A stretch of 42,581 bases of DNA from an uncultured Actinomycetes bacterium (GCA_963824995.1 CAWGRK010000014.1:62001-104581), one strand, 5' to 3'; positions 23,957-35,585 are shown, counted from the first letter of the stretch. The notes: generated by a model from the letters alone, not told the origin. A program made the numbers and translations.

Positions 23957-24654
23957 TAGATGCTTGTCACGCACTCCTCGGCGTCGGCGGGGTGGGGGGT
24001 GAGGGTCACGGGACGCCAGGGTTGATGGAGCGCCTCGAGCAGACCGGTGACCATCCCCCGATCCAGTGAGCAGACCACCTCGGGATGGGCGATGGCGGCG
24101 GTGCCAAACGGGCAGAAGCTGGTCAGCAGGCGGTGTGCGTCGGGCTCGGCGTCGATCTCGAAACCTGCAATGGTCATCGCCTGGGCAACAGACCTGACCG
24201 CTTGCTCGTAACCGGGCTCCTCTGGCAGGCCGATCTGAGCGGCCAGATCGCGGCCATAGTCACGCCCCACGTCCTCGGCCACGGCGGCGAGGTCGGCGGG
24301 TGCCAGTCGATCCACCAGGCGGAGCAGCAACTCCGCCAACAGGTCGAAGCGGCGGGTCGGGAGATTGACGTCGATCTCCTTCTCGGTCGCCTCGTACCAC
24401 TTGGCGGGCCGTCCGGCTCCGGGGCCTCCCCGTCCCTCGGGACGCCGCCGGGTCACCCGCAGGTAACCATCCCCGGCGAGACGGTCGAGGTGGTGACGAG
24501 CGACGTTGGGGTGGATGTCGAATATCGAGGCGATGTCCGAGGTGGTCAGCGGCTCAGACGACGCCCGGACGGTGAGGTAGATGCCGCGTCGGGTCGGATC
24601 GCCCAGGCTGGCGGTGAGATCTCCGATGTTCCGGTCAAGTTGGGTCACGTCCAT
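23956..24654 (-). CDS. ArsR/SufR-like winged-HTH regulator
   Basis: SLGDPTRRGIY, HPNVARHHLDRL, GAGRPAKWY, CPF..HPEVVCSLDRG..C. Confidence 0.85.
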   Translation of the reverse strand: MDVTQLDRNIGDLTASLGDPTRRGIYLTVRASSEPLTTSDIASIFDIHPNVARHHLDRLAGDGYLRVTRRRPEGRGGPGAGRPAKWYEATEKEIDVNLPTRRFDLLAELLLRLVDRLAPADLAAVAEDVGRDYGRDLAAQIGLPEEPGYEQAVRSVAQAMTIAGFEIDAEPDAHRLLTSFCPFGTAAIAHPEVVCSLDRGMVTGLLEALHQPWRPVTLTPHPADAEECVTSI

Positions 24655-24737
24655 GCGGGCGTCCCGGAAAGTGGATTACCAGGCCAGAACTATAGTGAGC
24701 AGCGGTTCCTTCTAAACACCACCCCCGTAGGGAAATC

Positions 24738-25827
24738 GTGGCAGACGCGTCCGCTCTGAGAGCATCTATCGACCGGGTCCTGACCCGGTACTCCAACGCC
24801 CGCTGGGCGATCTCGGCATGGTCGGCAAGGTGCACACCGGTCTTCTCGGCCGGACAGCCGTAGACCTCGTGGTGCCGGTGCCCAATTATCCCCAGCTCGA
24901 TGATCTCGAAGTAGCGGGTGCGGCAGGCTCTCGCCGAGCATGGCATCTCTTCGGCAGAGGTCAGCTTCGCCGTGATGGACGACCATGCTCGGACCGAGAT
25001 GATGGGCCGGGTGCGCCCAGAGACAGCCCCGAAGATCGGGCAACCGGGGTCGCGCACCAGGGTGGTGGCTATCACCAGCGGCAAGGGAGGTGTCGGCAAG
25101 TCGTCGGTCACCACCAACCTGGCCGTGGCGCTGGCAGCGACCGATCGTTCGGTGGGGGTGCTCGACGCCGACGTCTGGGGGTTCTCCATCCCGCGCATGC
25201 TCGGGATCAGGCACCCTCCCGTCGTGATCGAGGAATCGATCATCCCGCCGGCGGCGCACGGGGTGCGCGCCGTGTCGATGGACTACTTCGTAGGTGACGA
25301 CCAGGCGGTGATCTGGCGCGGGCCAATGCTGCACAAGGCCATCCAGCAGTTCCTCGAGGACGTGTTCTGGGACGATCCCGAGTTCCTCCTGGTCGATATG
25401 CCTCCCGGCACTGGCGATGTTGCCATCTCGATGTCTCAGTTCCTTCCCCGCGCTCAGGTGGTCGTCGTGACTACGCCGCAACCGACCGCGCAACGCGTCG
25501 CCAGAGCGTGCCGCCCTGATGGCCCGGAAGGTCAATCAGGAGGTGATCGGGGTGGTGGAGAACATGTCCTGGTTCACCGGTGACGACGGCGCCCGGTACC
25601 AGGTATTTGGCGAGGGCGGGGGCGCCGCGCTGGCCGCCGATTTGGATGTGCCACTTCTCGGTCGGATCCCGCTCCTACCCGCCATGGGGAGGGGTGCCGA
25701 CGACGGAGTGCCAGTCGAACTGTCCGCTCCCGACTCCGAAGCGGCGCAGGCGTTCAAGGATCTCGCCGTTGCGGTCGTCGGTCGCAAGCCGCGGGTGCGG
25801 ACCCGCCCCGAGTTGGTGATCCGCTGA
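24738..25827 (+). CDS. mrp: Mrp/NBP35 (ApbC) Fe-S cluster carrier ATPase (frameshifted)
   Basis: N-terminal DP..L.RPLGDLGMV, SGKGGVGKSS, DADVWGFSIP, WRGPMLHKA, DMPPGTGD, GVVENMS. Confidence 0.92.
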
Positions 25828-25828
25828 C

Positions 25829-26725
25829 ATGAGCGATCTCACCCAATCCAGGGCGCGCCGGAGGGCTCTCGCCGTCGTTCTCTATCTGTTCGGCCTGGCG
25901 ATCACGGGGTTCGTCATCAGCGTATGGGGACGCGCCGTCACCACCGATCGGGAAACTGTCACCGAGGCCGCGTCCGCCGTCGGCCGTCTCGACGCGGTCG
26001 AGGACCGCCTCCTCGGCTGGGTCGGCGCCCTGGCGGGAACCGAGGGTGGTGCCACCGGTCAGATCGTCGAGGATCTTCGTGAAGCGCCGGGTGTCGGGGA
26101 GGCGCTCGGCGATCTGGTGGGCGAGGTGATAGCGGCTTCGCTGTCCGCGCCCGGCCCGCCGATCACCGTTGACCCCGCCGCCTCGCTGATCCCGCTTGCT
26201 CCCGAAGTGGCGGTTGTGCTCCAGCGGAATGGCTTGAGTGTCGATGCCGATGAGGTAGAGGCTGCACTGGCGACGATCGAGCCGCTGGTGATCGACCCGG
26301 GTGACCCTGAGGGGCCGGCTGCCGCCGTGACCGGGGTCCATAACGGGCTGACTGTCGCCGCCCTGTTCACGGCAGGTCTGGTCGTGCTGCTCGGAGCGGG
26401 AGCGGTCGCCCTGAGCAACGACCGGCGTGCCCAACTCAAGAGCCTCGGCTGGAGACTGGTGCTGTCCGGGGTCTCGTTCACCATCGTGACCAGCCTCTCG
26501 GCGTGGTTGCTCGACCCCGGCGGCGGCGCCTCGCCCGCCCGATCCGCTCTCGCCTCGGTGTTGCGAAGCAACCGCGAAGTCCCGATCTTGGTGGCCCTTG
26601 CCGGCGCTGCTGTCGCCGGGTTGGTAGTGATTCTCTGGAAGCGACGCGACGTGATCCTGCGACGGGGAGGGCCTGACGATGAGTCCGACACGACCGGCGA
26701 GCGCGAGTTGGTCCGGATCGGCTGA
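25829..26725 (+). CDS. Hypothetical membrane protein
   Basis: Clean 298-aa ORF with about four hydrophobic segments, starting 1 nt after the mrp stop. Confidence 0.75.
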   Translation: MSDLTQSRARRRALAVVLYLFGLAITGFVISVWGRAVTTDRETVTEAASAVGRLDAVEDRLLGWVGALAGTEGGATGQIVEDLREAPGVGEALGDLVGEVIAASLSAPGPPITVDPAASLIPLAPEVAVVLQRNGLSVDADEVEAALATIEPLVIDPGDPEGPAAAVTGVHNGLTVAALFTAGLVVLLGAGAVALSNDRRAQLKSLGWRLVLSGVSFTIVTSLSAWLLDPGGGASPARSALASVLRSNREVPILVALAGAAVAGLVVILWKRRDVILRRGGPDDESDTTGERELVRIG

Positions 26726-26737
26726 ACCAACCCCGGG

Positions 26738-26782
26738 TTTGGCGTCACTAGACGCGGTGATATCGCGCCCGGTGACGCCAAA
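26738..26782. repeat. REP-like palindrome, family A, copy 2
   Basis: TTTGGCGTCAC-23 nt-GTGACGCCAAA. The spacer shares ACGCGGTnAT with copy 1. Confidence 0.8.
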
Positions 26783-26826
26783 ACGGATTGGGAAATCCCC
26801 GTTGCCGCCTCGCTAGCGTCAACCCG

Positions 26827-27507
26827 GTGACAGCGACCGCCCATCCCGTCGCCCTCCGGCTGTTCCGTCCGCTGGGCTCGAACTACGAGCGCTGGGCTTC
26901 GGTGCTCAGCATGGGCCAGGACAGGCGGTGGCGGGAAACGATGGTCGGCGGCCTCGACGTCGAACCTGACATGCGGGTGCTCGATGTGGCCGCAGGGACC
27001 GGGTCGATCACCCGACTGCTCGCAGAGAGAGGCGCCGACGTGATCTCGCTCGACCAGAGCGACCAGATGCTCAGCCAGGCGGTGGCACGCGGTGCCACCG
27101 GGGTCCGGGCGACCGCGGAGGCATTGCCATTCCCCGACCAGTCATTCGACCGGGTCACCTTCGGCTACCTGCTCAGGTATGTCGCCGATGTCCCCGCCGC
27201 CCTGGTCGAGTTGGCTCGTGTCCTTCGGCCCGGTGGTCGGATCGGGATGGTCGAGTTCGGACGGCCCGATGGGATCTGGGGACCCCCGTGGTGGCTGTAC
27301 ACACGTGTCGGGCTGCCCGTGGCGGGGAGCATCATCGGTGGAGGTTGGAGGGAGGTGGGGAGTTTCCTCGGACCGAGCATCGACCGCTTCGCCGAGGAGT
27401 GGCCAGAAGATCGCCTCGTCGAGGCGTGGCGCGCAGCCGGGCTCACCGACGTGACGGTGGAGAAGCCCTCGCTGGGTGGGGGTCTGCTCATCTGGGCACG
27501 GCGATGA
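26827..27507 (+). CDS. UbiE/MenG-like class I SAM methyltransferase
   Basis: LSMGQDRRWR, VLDVAAGTG, LPFPDQSFD, RVLRPGG, VEFGRP. Confidence 0.88.
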   Translation: MTATAHPVALRLFRPLGSNYERWASVLSMGQDRRWRETMVGGLDVEPDMRVLDVAAGTGSITRLLAERGADVISLDQSDQMLSQAVARGATGVRATAEALPFPDQSFDRVTFGYLLRYVADVPAALVELARVLRPGGRIGMVEFGRPDGIWGPPWWLYTRVGLPVAGSIIGGGWREVGSFLGPSIDRFAEEWPEDRLVEAWRAAGLTDVTVEKPSLGGGLLIWARR

Positions 27508-28251
27508 GGTTGTCGATTCCCGCACTCCCATCGCCCCGATGACCGGCAGGGCGCCTTCCTGGTACGCCCAACGTGGCGGAAGAGCCGCCGACCTGGTCAC
27601 GTTGCTCCACATCCCTTACACCGCCTGGCATCTCGGGTATGTGGCGATCGGTGCGGCCCTGGCACCGGTGATCGACTGGCGGGTGCTGGCCGGGACGCTG
27701 CTCGCCTTCGCCGTCGGTCTCGGAGTCTCGGCACACGCCCTCGACGAGCTCCACGGCCGGCCGCTCCGGACCGGATTGAGCGACGGTCAGCTGGTCGGGC
27801 TCGCCGTTTCCGGTTTCGTTCTGGTGGCAGCTCTGTCGGTCGCCGGAGCGATGCTCGTTTCGCCGTGGATCCTGGTGTGGGCCGTGGCGGGGATCCTCAT
27901 CTCGGCCGCCTACAGCCTGGAGTGGATCCCGGCACTCCACACCCTCGTCGGCTTCGGGCTCGCTTGGGGCGCATTCCCGGTGCTGGCCGGAGTCTGGGCG
28001 CAGACGAGGTCGTTCTCGGCCGCTGCGCTTGTGGTCGCCGCTGCCTGCACCCTGGTGTCGATGGCCCAGCGGGCGCTGAGCACCCCGGCCCGTTTCGTCC
28101 GTCGCAGGACCGAGGCGGCTGCGGTGAGCTTCGATCCGGGCACGCCGGCTGGGACGGCGAGACGCTGCTCGCCACCTGGGAGGTCGCCCTGCGGCTGCTC
28201 GGTTGGGGAGTGGTGGCGTTGGCGGTCGGGTTGCTGCTCACCCACCTCTGA
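27504..28251 (+). CDS. Multi-pass membrane protein, possibly UbiA-like (frameshifted; start uncertain)
   Basis: LLHIPYTAWHL, AHALDELHGRPL, AYSLE, FGLAWGAFPVL. About eight hydrophobic segments. Confidence 0.6.
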
Positions 28252-28721
28252 TGGCGCCGCCCCGAAGCTCTGGACTGCTGGTGTATCGAGTGGGGTCCGG
28301 GCAGGTCGAGGTGCTGCTCGCCCACCCCGGTGGACCCTTCTGGCAGAAGCGCGACGACGGCGCCTGGTCGGTTGTGAAGGGTGAGATCGACGACGGCGAG
28401 GATCCGCTTGCTGCCGCCAGGCGCGAGTTCGAGGAAGAGACCGGGCTGACTCCTCCTTCAGGGCCGACGACGTCGCTCGGGTCGATAACCCAGAAGGCGG
28501 GCAAGGTGGTCGAGGTGTGGGCGGTCGAGGGGGTGGTCGACCCCGATTCGATTCAGCCGGGCACTTTCCGGATGGAGTGGCCACCCCGATCTGGCAAGTT
28601 CGCCGATTTCCCCGAAGTGGACCGCGTCGCCTGGTTCGACCCCGAAACCGCCAAGCGGAAATTGAACCCCGCCCAAGTCGAGTTACTCGACCGCCTCATG
28701 ACCCATCTCGGGATCGGGTAG
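28251..28721 (+). CDS. NUDIX hydrolase
   Basis: HPGGPFW, KGEIDDGEDPLAAARREFEEETG Nudix box, EWPPRSG, FPEVDR. Confidence 0.92.
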   Translation: MAPPRSSGLLVYRVGSGQVEVLLAHPGGPFWQKRDDGAWSVVKGEIDDGEDPLAAARREFEEETGLTPPSGPTTSLGSITQKAGKVVEVWAVEGVVDPDSIQPGTFRMEWPPRSGKFADFPEVDRVAWFDPETAKRKLNPAQVELLDRLMTHLGIG

Positions 28722-28723
28722 CG

Positions 28724-28762
28724 GGTACTCGCTCGGTACTAGGTACTGAGTACTCAGTACTT
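28724..28762. repeat. (G/A)GTACTN heptamer array
   Basis: GGTACTC, then GGTACTA GGTACTG AGTACTC AGTACTT in tandem. Confidence 0.75.
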
Positions 28763-28779
28763 CGGTCTCTCAGATCCCA

Positions 28780-28840
28780 TTGACGCTCGGCTGAAAGCCG
28801 TGATACAAACCCGTCCAACGACCAGTTGAAACGTTTCAAC
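28780..28840 (+). promoter_or_regulatory. Promoter and LacI-family operator
   Basis: TTGACG at 28780, TGnTACAAA at 28801-28809, and the perfect palindrome GTTGAAACGTTTCAAC at 28825-28840. Confidence 0.85.
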
Positions 28841-28875
28841 AGATGTTTCAGCGGGAGCCGGTTCTGGGGGCTGAG

Positions 28876-29955
28876 GTGGGCCGAACCACCATCAAGGACG
28901 TGTCGGAAAGAGCCGGTGTCTCGGTCGGCACCGTGTCGAACGTGCTCAACGCCCCCCACCTGGTTGCACCCCAGACTCGCCAGAGGGTCCTCCAGGTGGT
29001 GTCCGAACTCGGGTACCGAGCCCAATCGGACGGCACGCGGGCTCCAGGCGCGCCGCACCTACCTGATCGGTTATCTGATGCCCGAGCGCGAGCTCAGCGT
29101 CAACACCACGCTCGACTCGTTCCTCCACGAACTCGTCTCGATGGCATCGCCTCACGGGTTGGAGGTCGTTCTCTTTGTCCCCCGGCCGGGCCAGGACGGC
29201 ACTGGAGGGATACCGCGATCTGATCCGGCGGGGCGACGTGGACGGGTTCGTCCTCTCGGAGACCAACTACGAGGACCCGCGGGTGGCGCTGCTCTCGCAT
29301 GACTGGGCTTTCCGTTCGTTTCGTTTGGCCGCAGCCTCGCCGAGGGATCTCTTCGCATGGGTCGACGTCGATGGCGCCAGTGGCATCGGTGATGCCGTGC
29401 AGGCATCTGCTCGGGTCGGGTCATCGACGCATCGCACTGGTGGCGTGGCCCGAGGGATCGGAAAGCGGTGACGACCGTGTCGCCGGCTTCCGCCGAGCGT
29501 TGGCCCGTGCGGGAGTGGCCTCCGATCCCCGCTTGGAGGTGCGGTGCCTCAATGGTGTGGAGCAGGGGAGGGAGGCGTGGCGGCGACTATCCCTCCTGGA
29601 TTCGCCACCGACCGCTGTTGTCGCCGTCCAGGACCAGTTGGCCATCGGAGTCCTGTTGGAGGCACAGTCGATGGCGCTCCGGCCGGGAATCGACCTCGCG
29701 GTGACCGGCTTCGACGACACCCCGGCGGGTGCCTTGCTAGGACTGAGCAGTGTCCGCCAGCCGATGGCCGAGGTGTGCCGGCTGCTCGTCGAGCACCTCG
29801 TCCGCCGGATCGAGGACCCCGGCTCCGATCCGGGCCACGACCTGGTTCGGCCCGAGTTCGTCGCCCGACCGAGCACCGGCGCAGAGTTGGTTCCCGCGCC
29901 GGAGCCGGAAGGACCGACCGATTTGCACCGTTACCGCAGAGGCCACCGCCGATGA
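28876..29955 (+). CDS. LacI-family transcriptional regulator (frameshifted)
   Basis: [40 protein letters not shown]. Confidence 0.92.
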
Positions 29956-32084
29956 CCGGCTGGACGCTCGCCGAGGACACTCTCGTCCCGTCGCTACTCC
30001 CCTGGAAGGAATCGCTCTTCACGATCTCGAACGGCTACTTGGGGACGAGGGGGACGTTCGAGGAGGGGATGGCAGGCGAGACGCGGGCGACCTTCATCAA
30101 CGGCCTCTTCGTTACTCCCCCAAATGATCTGCCGCTACTGGGGGCCGCACCCGACTGGACCAGGGTGGTAATCACGGTGAACGAAGAGCCACTCGATCTC
30201 GGGGTCCGGTCACCAGCTGGATACAGCAGGAGCCTCGACCTTCGGCACGGTCTGTTGGAACGGTCGGTCCTTTGGAAAGGGGCCGACGGCGGCGTCGTGC
30301 GGTTCCGTTTTCGCCGGCTCGCCTCGATGGCACAGCCGCACTTGGTGGCGCTCGAGGTCGAAGCCGAGGCACTCACCGACCCCGTCGAGCTGACGATGGC
30401 TACAGGCGTCGATGCCACCGTTGGCAGCCCAGTCGAACCGGCGTGGCGGACGGAGAGGGTGGAGGTGGTCGGTCTGGGGAAGCTCCGGCTCGATGCGACA
30501 TCTGTGGACGGTGCACACCGTCTGGAGGTGATGGCGTCGATGTGGGCCAGTGGAGGGGGAGAGGCGATCGACCACTTCGAGCATCCCCAACATCCCCGGG
30601 TTCGGGTTCGACGGTCTTTGCAGCCCGGCGACGTCATCACACTCACCAAGTTCGTCACCTATCACGCCGATCGCGACCGCGGAGCCAAGCCGAGCGTGCC
30701 GTCGGATGGGACCGCGTTCGAGCGAGGTTGGCGCGGCTTCGGCTGCCGCCTGGGAGGAGAAGTGGTCTACTTCCGAGATCGAAGTGGACGGCGATCCCGA
30801 CTCCCAATTGGCACTTCGCTTCGCGGCATGGAGCCTCGCCGGTGCGGTGTCGTCCATCGACCCGGGGTCGGCTGCCGGCGCCCGGCTCCTCTCCGGTTTC
30901 GGCTACCGGCACCACGTCTTCTGGGACACCGACATCTTCATCATCCCCTATCTGACGGTGACCCGTCCCGACGCCGCCCGCAACCACATTGCCTACCGCC
31001 ACCGCGGACTACCGGGAGCGAGGCGAAAGGCGGAGCACTACGGACGGGTCGGGGCCTTCTTCGCCTGGGAGTCGGCCGACACCGGTGACGAGGTCACCCC
31101 GGAGTGGGCTTCCGATGGTGGTGAGCGGGTGCGGATCTGGACCGGCGAGATCGAGGAGCACATCGTCGCCGACATCGCTTGGGCGATCGACCACTACGTG
31201 GATTGGACCGGCGACGAGGACTGCCTGCTCGACCAAGGGGCGGAGATCATCCTCGAGGGCGCTCGTTACTGGGCCGGCAGGTTCGAGCTCGTGGACGAAG
31301 CCGCCCACCTGCGCGGAGTCATCGGTCCGGATGAGTACCACACCAAGGTGGACGACAACCTGTTCACCAATGCCATGGCGGCATGGCAGCTGCGAAAGGC
31401 CGCCAGCCTCGTCGACGCTCTCTCGGCACGTCACCCGGGTCGAGCGCGTACAACTCCTCGATCGCCTCGGAATCGACGCCGAGGTCGCCGAGGTCATGGC
31501 GATCTCTGGCTGGACGGGTGGCTCTGCATCGCAACAGCACCGGTGTCTGGGAGCAGCACCGCGGCTTCTTCGCAATGGAACCCATTGATTTGGGGCGGTT
31601 CCAGCCGCGCAACTCGGCGATGTACGACATCATCGGCGAGAAAGGGGTCGAACGGTCCCAAGTGGTGAAGCAGGCGGACGTCGTGATGGCGATGGCATTG
31701 CTCGGCGAGACACTCGGTGATGTTGCAGTCCAACGGGCCAACTGGGATTACTACTGGCCTCGGACCGATCACGGGTCGTCCCTGTCTCTGGCCATCCATT
31801 CGCTGCTGGCGAGCAGGCTGGGTCTGCGGTCCGAGGCATTCGAGGCATTCCGGCGGGCCGCAGCCATCGACCTCGCCGACTCGATGGGGAACGGGCAGGC
31901 AGGGATCCACGCCGCCACCCAGGGTGGCCTGCTCCAGGCAGCGCTCTTCGGGTTCGCCGGGGTTCACGTCGAGGACGACGAGGTGCGGGTGGCGTCCCGG
32001 CTGCCCGACCACTGGGAAGGCCTTGGTTTCAGTCTTGTTCATCGGGGTTCCCGCATCGAGCGGGAGGTACGTAACGAGAGATGA
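29952..32084 (+). CDS. Glycoside hydrolase family 65 (alpha-glucoside phosphorylase; frameshifted)
   Basis: ESLFTISNGYLGTRGTFEE, GYRHHVFWDTDIF, GAFFAWES, EEHIVADIA, GPDEY, VKQADV, HGSSLS. Confidence 0.92.
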
Positions 32085-32122
32085 GTGCGGGAACGACCCG
32101 CGCTCCGAGTGAGGAGGACCGA

Positions 32123-33484
32123 GTGCAACGCAACATGAGATGGACCGCGCTGCTCTTCGTGCTCGCTCTCGTGGTCGCCGCATGTGGCGGCGATGACGGG
32201 GCGGACACGACGGCGGCAGGCGGAGAGGGCACCGCCACCACCGCGGCGCGGTGAGGGCACCGCCACAACCGCGGCCGGTGAGGGCACCGAGACGACCGCG
32301 GCCGGTGAGGGCACCGCGACCACGGCCGGAGGTGAAGCTGCGAGGTGATCTCGACCGGAGTCGAACTGAACGGTGATGGGGTGGTCGTCATCGACGGCCG
32401 AGGACGAGGCGCTCACCGGCTTGCTCGATCAGTTCAACGAGGAGACCGGCGCCAGCGCCGAGTTCAGCCCTTCACCCGACTACGACACCGACCTCCAGAC
32501 AGCACTGGCGGGAGGACAGCCGCCCGACGTGTTCTACGTCGACAGCTTCCGGTTGCCCGACTTGGTGGAGGCCGGCGCACTGGCGGCTCCACCGGAGGGA
32601 GCGATCAGCGATCCGGACGACATCGCCCCGTCGCTGCGGGAGGCTTTCACCTACGACGGCACCTTCTATTGCCCGCCCAAGGACTTCTCGACCTTGGCGC
32701 TGCAGTACGACCCGGCGGCCTTGGAGGCGGCCAACGTGGAGGTACCCACCACGTGGGACGAACTGCGCACCGCCGCCGAGGCGTTGACCACCGAAGATCA
32801 GGCCGCCATCGTCAACCAGGTGGAGTATCCACGCTGGGGTGAATTCCTCTTCCAGAACGGAGCGGACCTGACCAACGAGGACGTCACCGAGATGACCCTC
32901 GACACGCCGGAGGCCCGGGAGGCGCTCGAGTTCATCGCCGGCATGTACGCCGACGGGTTGATGGTGAGCAACACCGCCATCGATGCCGGCTGGTCCGGTG
33001 AGGCCTACGGCCAGGGCAAGGCGGCGATGACCATGGAGGGCAACTGGATCGCCACCGCCTTGGCCAACGAGTTCCCCGATCGCGAGGTGGCCTACGCCGA
33101 GCTTCCCGCCGGGCCAAGCGGGGAGAAGGGGACGTTCGCCTTCACCGTCTGCTACGGAGTTCGGCCAACGCCGCCAACCCCGAGGCATCGTGGGCGCTGG
33201 CCGACTACCTGACCAACGCCGAGGGCTCGCTGGCCTATACCGAGGCCTTCAACGTGATGCCCGCCCGGGTCTCGGTGCAGGAGCAATGGATAGCGGCGCA
33301 TCCCGAACTGGAGCCGTTCGTTGCCGGGGTCGAGTACGCCCACAAGTGGCAGTTCGTCCCAGGGTTCGGCGATGTGACCTCGGTATTCAATGAGCAGGCA
33401 CAGGCGCTGGTCGACGGAAGCGGCAGCGTCGACGAACTGATCGAGGAGACCACCGCCGCCGGTGAGGATGTGCTCGGCGGCTGA
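32123..33484 (+). CDS. Sugar ABC transporter substrate-binding lipoprotein (frameshifted)
   Basis: GAGGAGG ribosome-binding site, lipobox VAAC, PPDVFYVD, PKDFSTLAL, PTTWDEL, GKAAMTMEGNW. Confidence 0.9.
32225..32333 (+). repeat. 27-bp coding tandem repeat (EGTxTTAAG) x4 in the SBP linker
   Basis: GAGGGCACC recurs at 32225, 32253, 32280 and 32307. Confidence 0.85.
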
Positions 33485-33496
33485 AGCCAACCGAGT

Positions 33497-33524
33497 GTGG
33501 GGGCCGTCTGCAGGCGGCCCCCAC
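33497..33524 (+). terminator. Stem-loop after the SBP gene (terminator or mRNA stabiliser)
   Basis: GTGGGGGCCG/CGGCCCCCAC perfect 10-bp stem, with no clear U-tract. Confidence 0.6.
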
Positions 33525-33547
33525 CCCGTTCAGGAAGGAGGCGGTCG

Positions 33548-34650
33548 ATGTCGGTTGGTCTCCCCACCGCAGCCGGTGCCGAAGCGCGGGCTGAGGCGCG
33601 AGCACTGACCGGATGGCGGCGTATGGTTCGGCCGCGACCCCCGAGGACCAACGTCCTCAGATCCTCAAGGGCGAGCGCACCTGGGGATGGGGCTTCGTCG
33701 CCCCGGCGCTGCTCGGGTTGCTGGTTTTCTTGGTTCTACCCATCCTCTTCAGTGTGTGGATCAGCTTCACCGATTGGAATGGGCTCAACCCCACCAGCTG
33801 CAGGCGGAGTTCGTGGGCGCCGAGAACTATCGGGAGTTGCTCTTCGAGGACGGAGTGCGCCGCGAGGACTTCGCCAAGTCGTTGCGCAACACCCTTTACT
33901 ACGTGCTCGGAGTAGTCCCCACCCAGACATTCATCGCCTTCGTGTTGGCGGTGATCGTCAACCAGAAGTTCCTCAAGGGCCGCGGATTCTTCCGCACGTC
34001 CTACTACTTCCCATCGATCACTAGCTCCATCGCGGTGTCGATGATCTTCATCTTCTTGTTTCAGGTCAACGGGGTGGTAAACGCGATCCTGCCCTTTGAG
34101 AACATCGTGTGGCTGGACAACGCCAACGGTCTGATCCATCTGGTCTTGGGGTCGTTCGGCGTAGAGAACGCACCGGCATGGATGGAGAACGTCAGGTTCA
34201 TGGACCTCACACTGTGGGAATGGATCTCCGGCCCGAGCGTGACCATGACGTCGATCATGATCCTCAACATCTGGACCACCATCGGCACGTTGATGCTCAT
34301 CTTCCTCGCTGGTTTGCAGAGCATCTCTCCCTCGTTGGAGGAGGCTGCCGCGGTTGACGGAGCCACCGGGATGCAGCGATTCCGGCGGATCACGGTCCCC
34401 CTCATGCGCCCAGTCATCTTCTTCGTGGTCACCCTGGGCCTGATCGGGACCTGGCAGGTATTCGATCAGATCTTCGTCATTTCAGCGGGTGGGCCCCAGA
34501 AGACCACGCTCACTCCGGCATATCTGATGTACGACAGCCTGTTCCGCGAATTCGCGGGGAGGGTCGGCTGCCGCCGTCGCCGTGATTCTGTTCTTCATCA
34601 TCATCTTCTTCACGTTGGTGCAGCGGCGCATAACCCGAGAGGAGCGCTGA
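33548..34650 (+). CDS. Sugar ABC transporter permease (frameshifted)
   Basis: [21 protein letters not shown] motif [18 protein letters not shown]. Confidence 0.92.
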
Positions 34651-34651
34651 G

Positions 34652-35574
34652 ATGGCTACCGATGTCGCCGCACCAAGAGCTGGGTACCGAACGCGTCGCC
34701 GTGGTGGGTGAGACCGGACGATCGCCGGTCTGGCGATCGGTCAAGCGGTTTCTCGCCTATGGCGTACTGATCGCGTTCGCCCTCGCCTTCATCTACCCGT
34801 TCGTGCTCTCGGCCTTCACAGTGTTCAAGACACTTCCCGACATAGCCGCCAACCCGGTTCGACTGCTGCCCAGCCCGGAGTACGGATGGTCGATGGAGGG
34901 CATCGAGGGTCTCAACCGGGGCAATATCAGGATTCCCCTCTGGGCCGTCAATTCGGTGTTCGTCACGGTCTCGGTGGTGCTCGGTCGTGTGTTGCTCTGC
35001 TCGCTGGCTGGTTATGCCCTTGCCCGAATGCGTTTCGTGGGACGTAGCGCTTGGTGTTCGCTCTCGTCGTAGCCGTCCTCGCCATTCCTGCGATCGTTCT
35101 GGCGATACCGCGCTTCATCGTGATGAAGCAGCTGGGGATTCTCGCAACGTATGCGGGGCTGATCGTTCCGCTTCGTCTTCGACGCCTTTGGCATCTTCCT
35201 GATGAAGCAGTACTTCGAACAGCTTCCAACCGATCTCGAGGAGGCGGCGGCGATCGACGGGGCTTCGACTGTCCAGGTGTTCTTCCGGGTGATGCTCCCG
35301 CTCGCCGCGCCGGGGCTGATCGCCCTCACCATCCTCAGCACCCAGGGCGTGTGGAACGACTTCCTCCACCCGCTGATCGCCGTCCGCCGGCAACAACGAC
35401 ATCTGGACGTTGCCCGTCGGCCTGGCGCTGCTGCCGGGTGCCACCGGTCAGTCGCTCCCGTGGAACACGATCCTGGCCGGGGCGCTGATCACCACCATCC
35501 CGATGGCGATCGTCTTCTTCACCTTCCAGCGCTACTTCGTCCAGGGGCTGGCCGCTTCTGGCGGCAAGGAGTGA
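34652..35574 (+). CDS. Carbohydrate ABC transporter permease (frameshifted)
   Basis: [41 protein letters not shown]. Confidence 0.92.
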
Positions 35575-35585
35575 TACGGGGGCGA

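Noticed and set aside
32225..32333. CRISPR-like or non-coding repeat array
   Set aside because: It is a 27-bp in-frame repeat with no spacers, encoding a lipoprotein linker.
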